This document shows, one piece after another, positions 28,642 through 38,744 of a stretch of DNA of 64,000 bases. The position numbers and the translations under genes are program-made. Numbering within the stretch: position 1 is the stretch's first letter; each line of letters starts with the position of its first letter. Under the pieces are notes generated by a model. The model was not told the DNA's origin, ran no database searches, and was given only the letters and a program-made list of their open reading frames with translations. Origin of the DNA: Candidatus Eiseniibacteriota bacterium (GTDB lineage: Bacteria; Eisenbacteria; RBG-16-71-46). The stretch spans positions 896,001 to 960,000 of the forward strand of contig CAVZLN010000003.1 in the NCBI GenBank assembly GCA_963776245.1, written 5' to 3'.

Positions 28642-28673
28642 CGCCCGGGTGGAGTCGCTGCTCCACCCGGGCG
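28642..28673. terminator. Perfect 13-bp stem hairpin between convergent genes
   Basis: CGCCCGGGTGGAG-tcgctg-CTCCACCCGGGCG; no long U-tract. Confidence 0.55.
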
Positions 28674-28700
28674 CTATTGTCCGCGGCAGGACCGCTGCGG

Positions 28701-31292
28701 CTACTCGACCACCGCCGACTTCGCGATCAGCGTGCGCGCGCCCTGGCTGAGGCGCATCAGGTAGAGCCCCGGCGCGAGCGGGCCGGGCACCCGGAGCGCG
28801 TGGTTGCCGGCGCCCAGGCTTCCGACCTCGCGCGCGAACACCTTGCGCCCCGCCACGTCCAGGACCTCGAGGCGCGCGGACGCGGCGACCGGCAGCGAGA
28901 ACGCCACCACCGGCGCGCGGGAGGCGGGATTCGGCCGGAAGCCCTGCAGCGCGAGACTCACGCCGCTCGGCACCTCGATCCACGTCTCGCCGGCGAACAC
29001 CTCGGCGCCGCCGACGCTGAGTCCGAGGCGGTAGCCATAGCGCTGTCCGGGCGTCACGTCGGGGTCCACGATCGAAAGCGAGCCGACGCCGTCGGCGACC
29101 GCCTGGCCCAGCACCGTCCATGGCCCGTCACCGGCGCGCCGGTAGATGGTCGCGCGCGTGCTCGCGTCCGGCAGCGACCACACGATGCGGACCTTGCCCG
29201 CCTCGGCGAACGCGCTCACCAGCGAGGCGGTCACCGGCGTGGTCTTGTCGAGCGCGAGCGACCACGCGTTCATCTGGTCGTTGCAGCACCCGCCGTACAG
29301 CGTGAGCGCGTACGTCGTCGGATCGCCGACGAACGTGGCGCCCTGGCGTCCCTCGGGCAGGACCGGTCCGACATCGAGCTGACGCCAGCTCGGGGTGCCC
29401 ACCAGATCGAGCATCCAGGCCTCGAACGGGGGCGGCGTGGGGCCGCCGAAGTTCCAATCGCTGTAGAGCGCGAACCGGCCGCCCAGGGAAGCGCCGGCCA
29501 TGCCCGTGCTCGCCGTGGGCGGCGTGCCGGTGGGCGCCAGTTGGCTCCAGGTGGGAGTGCCGCCCAGCGTCAGCGCCCAGACGTCGGTGTCGGGGCCGTG
29601 TCCGGTGGAGCCGCCCACCACCACCATGCGGTCGGACCACGGCTCGATGCCGACGAAGTGTCCGTCGCGCGCATCCGGCGCGGTCCCGGAAGTGATCACC
29701 TGCGACCACGCCGGCGTCCCCGACAGCGAGAGCGCCCAGACATCGTTGTAGGTCGTGATCCCGACCCCGCCCATGACCAGCATGCGATTGCGCAGCGCGT
29801 CATAGATCGCGCCGTGGCGCTCGCGCGCCGGAGGCGGCGTGCCGGTGGGAGCGAGCTGAGTCCACGCCGGAGTCCCCGAGAGCGAGACCGTCCACACGTC
29901 GTTCAGGACGCCGAGACTGTCGTTGCCGCCGAAGAGCACCATCTGGTCGCGCCCCGCGTCGTAGACGGCGCTGTGCCCGTAACGCCTGCCCATCGGGGTG
30001 CCGGTGGGCACGAGCTGCGACCACCCCGTCCCGCCGCCGAGATCGAACGACCACAGATCGCGGAGCAGGCTGTAGCCGGACATCGAGTACTTGATCCCGC
30101 CGTGCACCAGCATCCGCTCGCGCACCGGATCGATCACCGCCACGTGATCCTGGCGATCGGGCGGCACCGGCACCACGATCTCGGTCCACGCCGGGGTCGA
30201 GCCGAGCGAGAGCGCCCACGATTGGTCCGCGACCGAGCCGGAGTCCGAATTGCCGCCGAAGGACACCATGCGATCGCGCGGAGCGTCGTACACCGTGCCC
30301 GGGAACTGGCGCGCCGTCGGCCGCGGGGCCGAGGGGGTGAGTTCGGTCCACGTCAGCGTGCCGAGGTCGAGCTTCCACAGGTCGTCGGCCGACACCCCGA
30401 CGTACCCGTCGAACATGATCACGTTGTTCCGCGTCGGGTCGCGCATGAACCCCGCGCCCGCGCGCCCCGGCGGCGGCCCGCCGCTGGGAGCGAGGAGGGT
30501 CCACGCCGGGCTGCCACCGAGCGAGAGCGACCAGAGGTCGGTCGGCACGCCGCCGTCGTATCCACTGAACATCACCATCCGGTTCCCGGTCACATCCAGC
30601 ACCGCCTGGGCGGCGACGCGCGCGCCGGGCGGTGTGCCCGAGGCGCTCGGGGACGACCACGTCATGCCTCCGGAGAGCCCGAGGCTCCACAGGTCGCCGA
30701 GGAACAGCGTCGGGGCGCCGCCCGACGGTGCGTCACTGGCTCCGCCGAACAGGAGGATGCGATCGGCGGCCGCGTCGTACGCCGCGGCCGCGTAGATGCG
30801 GGGGCTGGGCGCGGTGCCGACGGGAGTGACCAGGGTCCACGTCAGGGGCGCCGTCGCCAGATCGAGCGTCCAGACGTCGTTCATGGTGACGGTGCTCACC
30901 GCGCCCCCGAACAGCACCAACCGGTCGCGCGGCGTGTCGTAGATGAGCACGCAACCGTCGCGCAGCCCGGGCGAGGTGCCCACGGTCTGCAGTTCGGTCC
31001 ACGCCGGGGTGCCGCTCAGCGACAGCGCCCACAGCTGGGGATCGGGACTGACCCAGCTCCTGCCACCGAACGCCAGCAGCCGCTCGCGGGAGGAGTCGTA
31101 GACGGTCGCGGAGGCATCGAGCCGCGGGGGCGGCAGGCGATGCCAGCTGCCGTCGGCGCCGGTGACGCGGGTCGCGGCGGAACGCGGGGCGCCGAACGGG
31201 GCGGCCGCGAGCGCGGCGGAGCCGGCGAGCACCAGCGCGAGCCCGGTGAGGATCATCGTGATCCTGGCATGGAATGGGGGCGAACGACGCAT
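28701..31292 (-). CDS. Secreted Kelch-repeat beta-propeller protein with Fn3-like linker and T9SS/FlgD-like CTD
   Basis: About 12 repeats of YD..R.RM..FGG...D.W.L.L.G.P.W; PVTASLVS; RPNP...LDVAGRKV...PGLYLMRL; AAGGAGG RBS. Confidence 0.88.
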   Translation of the reverse strand: MRRSPPFHARITMILTGLALVLAGSAALAAAPFGAPRSAATRVTGADGSWHRLPPPRLDASATVYDSSRERLLAFGGRSWVSPDPQLWALSLSGTPAWTELQTVGTSPGLRDGCVLIYDTPRDRLVLFGGAVSTVTMNDVWTLDLATAPLTWTLVTPVGTAPSPRIYAAAAYDAAADRILLFGGASDAPSGGAPTLFLGDLWSLGLSGGMTWSSPSASGTPPGARVAAQAVLDVTGNRMVMFSGYDGGVPTDLWSLSLGGSPAWTLLAPSGGPPPGRAGAGFMRDPTRNNVIMFDGYVGVSADDLWKLDLGTLTWTELTPSAPRPTARQFPGTVYDAPRDRMVSFGGNSDSGSVADQSWALSLGSTPAWTEIVVPVPPDRQDHVAVIDPVRERMLVHGGIKYSMSGYSLLRDLWSFDLGGGTGWSQLVPTGTPMGRRYGHSAVYDAGRDQMVLFGGNDSLGVLNDVWTVSLSGTPAWTQLAPTGTPPPARERHGAIYDALRNRMLVMGGVGITTYNDVWALSLSGTPAWSQVITSGTAPDARDGHFVGIEPWSDRMVVVGGSTGHGPDTDVWALTLGGTPTWSQLAPTGTPPTASTGMAGASLGGRFALYSDWNFGGPTPPPFEAWMLDLVGTPSWRQLDVGPVLPEGRQGATFVGDPTTYALTLYGGCCNDQMNAWSLALDKTTPVTASLVSAFAEAGKVRIVWSLPDASTRATIYRRAGDGPWTVLGQAVADGVGSLSIVDPDVTPGQRYGYRLGLSVGGAEVFAGETWIEVPSGVSLALQGFRPNPASRAPVVAFSLPVAASARLEVLDVAGRKVFAREVGSLGAGNHALRVPGPLAPGLYLMRLSQGARTLIAKSAVVE

Positions 31293-31396
31293 GACGGAGA
31301 TCCTCCTTGAGGCCTCGCCCGGGATGCACGAGGGGACATGTCCCGGACGATCAGGCGCGACGGCGGCACCGATCGGCGCTTCCGTGGATGGTGGGC

Positions 31397-31425
31397 AGGC
31401 TAGACCCGCGTGCGCGGCCGGTCAA
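31397..31425 (-). promoter_or_regulatory. Putative sigma70 promoter for the Kelch gene
   Basis: Minus strand TTGACC-N17-TAGCCT. Confidence 0.5.
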
Positions 31426-31526
31426 CGCTGACCGACCGGCGGCCGTCCGCCGCGCGCTTCGGCGGTCATCCGGCATGCGGTCACATGGGTCATCGGCAGG
31501 ATGCGCGTCCCGCTCGCGGCCTATCC

Positions 31527-31556
31527 TTGACCGCCTCGCGCGTCGCGCGATAGCGT
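31527..31556 (+). promoter_or_regulatory. Putative sigma70 promoter for the TRAP operon
   Basis: TTGACC-N18-TAGCGT. Confidence 0.45.
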
Positions 31557-31621
31557 GCGGTCCTCGCCATCCGCCGGGAACGCGTCCGTCGTGACCGGTC
31601 GCGCGGCGACGGAGGACCTGC

Positions 31622-32623
31622 TTGCCTTCCAATCGATCCACCCCGGTTCTCACCCGCGTCCTGCGCCCGCTGGTCGCCCTGGTCCTGCTCGGCGCGCTCC
31701 CGCTGGCGCTGGCGTCGTGCTCCATCAAGCGCATCGCGGTCAAGAGCGTCGCCAACTCCCTCACCAGCGGGCCGGATGTCTACGGCACCGACGAGGACCC
31801 GGAGTTGATCCGGGACGCGCTCCCGTTCGGACTCAAGACCATGGAGTCGCTGCTCGCGGTGGTGCCCGATCACGAAGGGCTGCTGCTCGCGCTGTGCCGG
31901 GGGTACACCACGTACGCGTTCGCGTTCGTCCAGTCCGATGGCGACCTGGTGGTGAACAGCGACTACGCGCGCGCCCAGTCGCTGCACGCGCGCGCGCTGC
32001 GGCTCGACCTGCGGGCGCGCGGGTACGGGGTGCGCGGGCTCGAGCAACGCTATCCCGGGATCGGCGCGGCCCTCGAGCGCGACCCGGCGCCGGCCGCGGC
32101 GCGCATCCAGAAACGCGACCTGCCGCTGCTCTACTGGACCGCGGCGGCGTGGGGATCGGCCATCGCGCTCGGCAAGGACCGGCCCGAGCTGCTCGCCGAC
32201 CTGCCGGCGATCCGCGCGCTCATCGATCGCGGCCTGCGGCTCGACGAAGGCTTCGAGGGCGGCGCGCTGCACGAGGCGATGATCGTGCTCGAAGCGCTGC
32301 CCGAGGGGATGGGCGGTTCGGTGGAGCGCGCGCGCGCGCACTTCCGGCGGGCGGTGGAGCTCTCCCACGACTCGCGGCCCGGGCCCTACGTCACGCTGGC
32401 GCAGAGCGTGGCGGTGATGGAGCAGAACCGCCAGGAGTTCCGCACGCTGCTCGAGAAGGCGCTCACGTTCGATCCCGAGCGGGACCCCGCGACCCGCCTC
32501 GCCACCATCGTGCTCCAGCGCAAGGCACGGGCCCTGCTCCAGCGACAGGACGAGTTCTTCATCGACGACGCGACCGACGACACCACCGCTCCCGACACCA
32601 CGCAGACCCAGGAGAAACGATGA
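31622..32623 (+). CDS. TRAP transporter TatT component (TPR lipoprotein)
   Basis: Lipobox LASC; DEDPELIRDALPFGLKTMESLL; LYWTAAAW; directly upstream of dctP; TTG start with GGAGG. Confidence 0.85.
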   Translation: MPSNRSTPVLTRVLRPLVALVLLGALPLALASCSIKRIAVKSVANSLTSGPDVYGTDEDPELIRDALPFGLKTMESLLAVVPDHEGLLLALCRGYTTYAFAFVQSDGDLVVNSDYARAQSLHARALRLDLRARGYGVRGLEQRYPGIGAALERDPAPAAARIQKRDLPLLYWTAAAWGSAIALGKDRPELLADLPAIRALIDRGLRLDEGFEGGALHEAMIVLEALPEGMGGSVERARAHFRRAVELSHDSRPGPYVTLAQSVAVMEQNRQEFRTLLEKALTFDPERDPATRLATIVLQRKARALLQRQDEFFIDDATDDTTAPDTTQTQEKR

Positions 32624-33675
32624 GTCTCACCCGCAGGATCCGCCGCGCCGTCCCCTCGCTGGCGCTGTGCGCCGCGCTGCTCGCGCTCGCGTTCGCGCTC
32701 GCGCTGGTGCCCGCACCCGCGCGCGCGCAATCGCAGGTGGTCAAGCTCGCCACCCTCGTGCCCGAAGGCTCGGTGTGGGACAAGTCGATGCGCGAGATGG
32801 GCGCGGAATGGACGAGCGCCACGCAGGGCCGCGTCATCCTGCGCGTCTACCCGGGCGGGGTGGCGGGCGACGAGCCCGACGTGGTGCGCAAGATGCGCAT
32901 CGGACAGCTCCAGGCGGCGGCGGTCACCACCGCGGGGCTCGCCAACATCGATCCGGCGTTCAACGTGTTCAACATCCCGATGTTCTTCGTCTCCTACCCG
33001 GAGCTCTACGCCACGCTCGACAAGCTCGAACCGCTGCTCAAGCAGCGCCTCGAGTCCAAGGGCTTCGTGCTGCTGGCGTGGGGCCACGGCGGCTGGGTGT
33101 ACTTCTTCACCAAGAACCCGGTCGAGACGGTGGAAGGACTGCGCCGGACCAAGATGTTCGTGTGGGCGGGCGACGACCAGATGGTGACGCTGTGGAAGAC
33201 CCTCGGCTTCCGGCCGGTCCCGCTCGCCGCCACCGACATCATGAGCAGCCTGCAGACCGGCATGATCGACTCCTACCCGACCACGCCGCTGCTCGGTCTG
33301 ACGCTGCAGTGGTACCGCCAGACCCCCAACATGGTCGGCATGGGGATGGCGCCGCTGGTCGGCGGCCTGGTGATGACCAAGGCCGCATGGGACCGGATCC
33401 CGCCCGCGGACCAGACCCGGATCCGGGCGGCGTGCGCCAAGATGGAGCGGCGGCTCGAGGTCGAGGTGCCGCGGCAGGACACCACCGCGGTCGCCGAGAT
33501 GCAGAAGCGCGGCCTGCGCGTGAACCCGGTGGTGGGCGAGAACGCGGCGCAGTTCCGTGCCACCGCCGAGCAGTTCGCCGGCGGCATGAAGGGCATCCGG
33601 GTGCCGCCCGAGATCCTCGACGTGGCGCGCCGCGAGCGCGATGCCTACCGCGCGAAGAGCGGCGGCGGGCGCTGA
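32620..33675 (+). CDS. dctP: TRAP transporter substrate-binding protein DctP
   Basis: KLATLVPEGSVW, YPGGVAGDE, RKMRIGQLQ, SLQTGMID. Confidence 0.92.
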   Translation: MSLTRRIRRAVPSLALCAALLALAFALALVPAPARAQSQVVKLATLVPEGSVWDKSMREMGAEWTSATQGRVILRVYPGGVAGDEPDVVRKMRIGQLQAAAVTTAGLANIDPAFNVFNIPMFFVSYPELYATLDKLEPLLKQRLESKGFVLLAWGHGGWVYFFTKNPVETVEGLRRTKMFVWAGDDQMVTLWKTLGFRPVPLAATDIMSSLQTGMIDSYPTTPLLGLTLQWYRQTPNMVGMGMAPLVGGLVMTKAAWDRIPPADQTRIRAACAKMERRLEVEVPRQDTTAVAEMQKRGLRVNPVVGENAAQFRATAEQFAGGMKGIRVPPEILDVARRERDAYRAKSGGGR

Positions 33676-33729
33676 CCCGGGCGGCGGGCGCGCGGCGGGC
33701 GCCCGCGTCGTGCTAATCTCCGCCGCTCG

Positions 33730-35562
33730 ATGACTGCCGACGAATCCCAGCCGCGACACGGTCGCGTGATGACGGCTCTCCGCCGGGTCGAGGGCGGAGT
33801 GCTGGTCACGGCGTTCCTGCTCGCGATGATCCTGCCGCTGATCGATGCGCTCGGCCGGCCGTTCGGCGGCATCGCGATCCCCGGCTCGGCGACCTACCGT
33901 TCCCAGCTCACCCTGTGGCTCGCCTTCCTCGGCGGCGTGCTCGCGGCGCGGGAGGGAAGGCACCTGACGCTCTCGACCGCCGAGGCGGTCGGGCACGCGA
34001 AGGCCCGCGGCGCGGCGCGCCTGTTCTCCTCGTCGGTGGCGGCCGCCGTGTGCGCGGTGCTGTCGTACTCCGCGTGGGGCGTGGTGGGGGCCGACCGCCA
34101 GCAGGGCGAGGTGCTGGCGATCGGGCTCCCGGTGTGGGTGAGCGAATGCGTCATGCCGCTCGCGCTGGCGTTGATCGCGTTCCGCCTGGCGTGGGGCGCG
34201 GCCGAGCGCTGGCGCGGACGGACGGTGGCCTTCGGCGCCATCGCCCTCGCCTTCGGGCTGGGAGCCGTCCCCGCGGTGGGACACGCGCTCTACGTGCCGC
34301 TGCTGGCGGTCATCGTGCTGGCGGCGCTGGTCGGCGCGCCGGTGTTCGTCGCGATGGGCGGGTTCGCGCTGGTGCTGTTCTTCAAGGACTCGGTGCCGGT
34401 GTCCGCGGTGACGGCCGAGGTCTACCGGCTGATGGTCTCGCCCACGCTCCCGGCGATCCCGCTGCTGACCGCCTGCGGCTACCTGCTGGCCGAATCGCAG
34501 GCCTCCCTGCGGCTGGTGCGCTTCTTCCGCGCGCTGTTCGGCTGGATGCCGGGCGGGGTCGCGGTGCTGGTGGCCGCGGTGTGCGCGCTGTTCACCACCT
34601 TCACCGGCGGCTCCGGCATCACCATCATGGCGCTCGGCGGACTGCTCTATCCGATCCTGCGCGATGACGGCTACGAAGAGGGGTTCTCGCTCGGCCTGGT
34701 GACCGCGTCCGGCAGCCTCGGACTGCTGCTGCCGCCCAGCCTGCCGGTGATCCTCTACGCCGTGGTCGCCGGCGTCGCCGCGGACTCCCTGTACCTCGCC
34801 GCGCTGGTGCCCGGGATCCTCCTGATCGTGCTCGTGGCGCTGTACGGGATCAGCGTCGGCCGCAAGGTCCATTCCCGGCGCCAGCCCTTCGTGCTGCGCG
34901 AGGCGCTGGTGTCCGGCTGGGCCGCCAAGTGGGAGCTGTCGGTCCCGTTCCTGGTGGTGGTGCTGTTCGGCACCGGCCTGACCACCATGGTCGAGGCCGC
35001 CGCCGTGGCGTTCGCCTACGCCATCGTGGTGGAGTGCTTCATCACGCGCGACATCCATCCGGTGCGCGACCTGCCGCAGGTGCTGCTCAAGGCCGGCGTG
35101 CTGTGCGGGGCGGTGCTCATCCTGCTGGCGAGCGCGATGGGCCTGACCAGCTGGCTGGTGGACGCCCAGATCCCGAGTGCCCTGCTCACGGCGGTGAGGA
35201 CGCACATCTCCTCGCCGCTGGTGTTCCTGCTGGTCCTCAACGTGGTGTTGCTGGTCCTCGGCAGCGTGCTCGAGATCTACTCGGCGATCGTGATCCTGGC
35301 GCCGATGGTGGCGCCCATCGGGGTCGCGTTCGGCATCGACCCCATCCACCTCGGGGTGGTGTTCCTCGCCAATCTCGAGCTGGGGTTCCTGTTCCCGCCG
35401 GTGGGTCTGAACCTGTTCCTCGCCTCGTCGCGCTTCAACAAGCCGCTGCCCGCGCTCTACCGGCACGTCGTGCCGTTCCTGATCATCCTCGGCGCCGGCG
35501 TGCTGATGATCACCTACATGCCGTGGATGACCACCGGCATCCTCAGACTGCTGGGCAAGTAG
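33730..35562 (+). CDS. Fused TRAP small and large permease (DctQM)
   Basis: N-terminal DctQ-like LWLAFLGG..AAREGRHL; DctM motifs AIPL, FTGGSG, GSLGLLLPPS, DPIHLG, PPVGLNL. Confidence 0.9.
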   Translation: MTADESQPRHGRVMTALRRVEGGVLVTAFLLAMILPLIDALGRPFGGIAIPGSATYRSQLTLWLAFLGGVLAAREGRHLTLSTAEAVGHAKARGAARLFSSSVAAAVCAVLSYSAWGVVGADRQQGEVLAIGLPVWVSECVMPLALALIAFRLAWGAAERWRGRTVAFGAIALAFGLGAVPAVGHALYVPLLAVIVLAALVGAPVFVAMGGFALVLFFKDSVPVSAVTAEVYRLMVSPTLPAIPLLTACGYLLAESQASLRLVRFFRALFGWMPGGVAVLVAAVCALFTTFTGGSGITIMALGGLLYPILRDDGYEEGFSLGLVTASGSLGLLLPPSLPVILYAVVAGVAADSLYLAALVPGILLIVLVALYGISVGRKVHSRRQPFVLREALVSGWAAKWELSVPFLVVVLFGTGLTTMVEAAAVAFAYAIVVECFITRDIHPVRDLPQVLLKAGVLCGAVLILLASAMGLTSWLVDAQIPSALLTAVRTHISSPLVFLLVLNVVLLVLGSVLEIYSAIVILAPMVAPIGVAFGIDPIHLGVVFLANLELGFLFPPVGLNLFLASSRFNKPLPALYRHVVPFLIILGAGVLMITYMPWMTTGILRLLGK

Positions 35563-35731
35563 GACGCGGTCATCGTCCCGCCGCGCGGCCCCGCGACCGC
35601 GCCGGCCCACCCCGCGATGTCCCGCCGGTGCCGCGCGAGTGGGGCGACTTTTCGTGCTCCATCCCGCGGTCGCGCGTGCTAGCCTCGGGCCGCGAGGTCA
35701 CCCGACCGGGTCCACGCCCCGGAGACACGTG

Positions 35732-37694
35732 ATGCGCCGCTGTGGATTCGCGCTCGCCCTGACCGTCGCGTCCGCCCTGACCGTGACACTCACAGGTCCG
35801 GCACGGCCCGCGCCCGCCCCATCCGACTCGCTCGGCCGCGTGCGCACCGCCACGCTGCTCCGCTGGGCGCACGAAGCGCTCGACCGACCCGACATGGAGT
35901 CGCGCCAGCGCGCGATCCGCATGCTCGAGGAGGTGCTGCGGCTCGAGCCCGGCAACGCCGCGGCGTGGCTGGAGCGCGGGCGCGCGCACGAGACTCGGCG
36001 ACTTCGACCGCGAGGCGCGCGCGTGCTACGAGCGCGCGACGCGGCTGGCGCCCGGGGACCCCGAGGGCTTCATGCGCCTCGCGATGGCGTGGCGCCACGA
36101 GTGGCTGCGCTGGCTCGACGCCGCGGCGCTCGACAGCGCGATCACGCACTTCGAGCACGTCATCGAGCTGCGCCCGAACGCCTACGAGGCGCGCCTGCGA
36201 CTGGTGCCGCTCGACTACGAGCGCGGCGACGCGGGCCTCGCCATGCGCGTGGCCGAGCGCGCGGCCGAGGTGCGGCCGCGGCGCGGCGAGCCGGCGATCG
36301 CGGTGGCCTACCTGGCCTACCGGCGGGGCGAGATCGAGCGCGCCGACAGCCTGTTCCGCTGGGCCTACGACCGGTTGCCGCCCGACCTGCGCCGTCGCTT
36401 CGACGATCTCACGCCGATGCTCGGCGACGCGGCGGCGCGCCTCGATTCGATCGCCGCGCCCGAGCGCGCCGGCGAGGTGCGGCGCTTCTGGGCGAACCTC
36501 GACCCCGATCCCACCACGCCGCAGAACGAGGTGCGGCTGGAGTTCTGGTCGCGCGTCACGCACGCGTGGCTGCTGTTCGACGACCCGCGGCGCGCCGGGC
36601 CCGACGCGCGCGCCGACGTGTACGTGCGCTACGGGCCGCCCCGGCAGGCGATGATCAACCCGCCCGGCGTGCCGCTCTACACGCATCACGAGAACCCCGC
36701 CCGCGCCGAAGCGGTGAGTCGCGGCGCCGATCGCGTGTTCTCGGAGTTCCCGCTCGACGCGATGGCGCTGACCTATCCCGAACTGGGCATGCGCATCCTC
36801 CTCCAGGACCGTGCGCTGCATGGGAGCTACGACTGGCCGATGCTGCGCGACGCCGACCCGGCGGCGCTGCCCGATCGCCGGCTGCTCGCGGGGCGCGACG
36901 ACCTGCTCGCGACCGGCGACGGCTTCGCCGTGTTCCCCACGCTGCCGCCACGCGCGCAGCGCATCGAGGTGCGCGGCACGCTGGCGCGCTTCGAGGGCGA
37001 GCGCGGACCGCGGCTGTTCGCCCAGGGGAGCGTGCCCGCGTCACCCGGGGACACGCTGCTGGCGCGCTGGGTGGTGCGCGACTCGAGCGGGCGCGAGCGA
37101 CTGCGGCAGGAACAGGTGCTCGCGACCTCGGTGTGCGATCCCACCGGCCAGCGCATCGCGGAGATCAATGCCGCGCTGCCGCCGGGGACCTTCGACGTCG
37201 CGCTCTCGGTGCGCGACACCCATCACCGGCGCGGGCTCTACCGCGTGCAGGCGGCGCTCGCTGCGCCGCCCGACTCGCTCGCGCTCAGCGACGTGGTGCT
37301 CACCTGCGGCGATCCCACCCTGCTGGTGGAAGGGCACTCGATCCGGCTCGAGGCCGACCGCGAGGCGCGCATCGCGCGCGGCGCGCCGCTGGTGGCGTAC
37401 TTCGAGATCTACCGGCTGGTGGCGGCGCCCGACGGTCTGTCGCGGTTCGAGTACGAGTACACCGTGCGCCGCCTGCGCGAGACCCCCGAGGGGCGCCTGA
37501 AGCCCGAGAACGCCGCCGCGCTCGCCTCGACCTCGGCGAGCCGCGAGGAGACGCAGGCGGAGCGCATGCGGCGCCAGTTCGTGACCGTGCCCGCGCAGGC
37601 ACTGGCGCCGGGTCGCTACCGGCTCGAGATCCGCGTGCGCGATCTCGGCTCCGGCCGCGTGGCGCGGCGCGAGGTGGAGTTCACCAAGGAGTGA
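35732..37694 (+). CDS. TPR-containing GWxTD-like domain protein (one frameshift near 35995)
   Basis: Signal peptide, TPR helices, FW..LDPDPTTPQNE..LEFWSRV..A, DARADVYVRYGPP, LSDVVL, GRYRLEIRVRD. Confidence 0.75.
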
Positions 37695-37710
37695 GCGCTC
37701 ACGCCGGGGG

Positions 37711-38652
37711 TCACCGCACCGCGACCATCTGCGCCACGGCGCGCTGGCCGGTCTGGGCGAGACGCACCCAGTAGATGCCGGGCTGGAGCCGCGCCCCGGT
37801 CCCCATCGCGATGCGGTGTGGCCCGGCATCCTGCCCGCGCAGCGTGCGCGTGGCGCAGCGACGACCCTGGACGTCGAACACCATGAGCTCGGCCGGTTCG
37901 GCACTGGCGAGCGAGTACCACACCTCGAGATCGCGACCCGACGGGTTCGCCACCGGGCGCACGGCCAGCACGCCGGGAGCCGCGGCCGACGGCGGCGACG
38001 GCGCGCCCGGTCCCGTGGGCCCGGGCGCGTCGGTGTACGCGATCCAGCGGCGCAGGTACCAGTGCTGCGCGTCCGCGATCTGGCCGTGACTCAGGCGGGC
38101 GGCGTCCCCGCGCACCACGTGGAAGACGTGCTGTCCAGGCGAGGTCTCGAGGCGGCGATCGTCGGGCAGATCGATCACGACCCGGAACTGCTCCGCCACC
38201 ACGATCGCGAACTGGTCGGTCGAGTCCGGATGCTCGGGATCCTCCGCCAGGCGCAGCCCCTTCATCTGGAGGTCGAGGGCCTTCGCAGGCGGCATTCCCT
38301 TCGGGCAGCTGGTGTCGGGCGGATCGCTGCCGAACAGACAGCGCGCCGAGACCAGTTCGAAGTCGCGGTCGAAGCCCGTCATGTCCCAGTACCGGCCGGT
38401 CTCGTCGTAGGCGTGGAAGCGATATTCGTCGGTGAGCAGTGCGCCGAACCGCTCCAGGTCCCGCGTGCGGTAGGCCGCCTGGAGCGCACGGACTGCGCCG
38501 GCCGGCTGCGCGGTCGAGACCGAGTCGGACACCGCGGGCGTCACGGGGTTGTCGGGGGTCGCCCGCGCCGGCGTACCGATCCCGACCAGCGCGCACATCA
38601 TGACTCGGGCGAGTGCCGAGTACCGTGAGCCGACCGATGACGTGCGGGCCAT
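37711..38652 (-). CDS. Secreted protein with an NTF2/SnoaL-like N-domain and T9SS/FlgD-like CTD
   Basis: AGGAGG RBS, signal peptide, AYRTRDLERFGALLTDEYRF, NPS...FDVQGR...PGIYWVRL. Confidence 0.7.
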   Translation of the reverse strand: MARTSSVGSRYSALARVMMCALVGIGTPARATPDNPVTPAVSDSVSTAQPAGAVRALQAAYRTRDLERFGALLTDEYRFHAYDETGRYWDMTGFDRDFELVSARCLFGSDPPDTSCPKGMPPAKALDLQMKGLRLAEDPEHPDSTDQFAIVVAEQFRVVIDLPDDRRLETSPGQHVFHVVRGDAARLSHGQIADAQHWYLRRWIAYTDAPGPTGPGAPSPPSAAAPGVLAVRPVANPSGRDLEVWYSLASAEPAELMVFDVQGRRCATRTLRGQDAGPHRIAMGTGARLQPGIYWVRLAQTGQRAVAQMVAVR

Positions 38653-38744
38653 GGACGTCCTCCTGTGAGTCGAGCCTCCACCGATCGCGGTGGATCCTCC
38701 GGTACCATCGGGGGGACGGGCCGCGGGCAGCATATCATCCGCTC

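Noticed and set aside
29300..31140. Repetitive DNA inside the 28701-31292 gene
   Set aside because: These are degenerate protein-level Kelch repeats, not a nucleotide repeat array or a DGR template/variable pair, and no reverse transcriptase is present.
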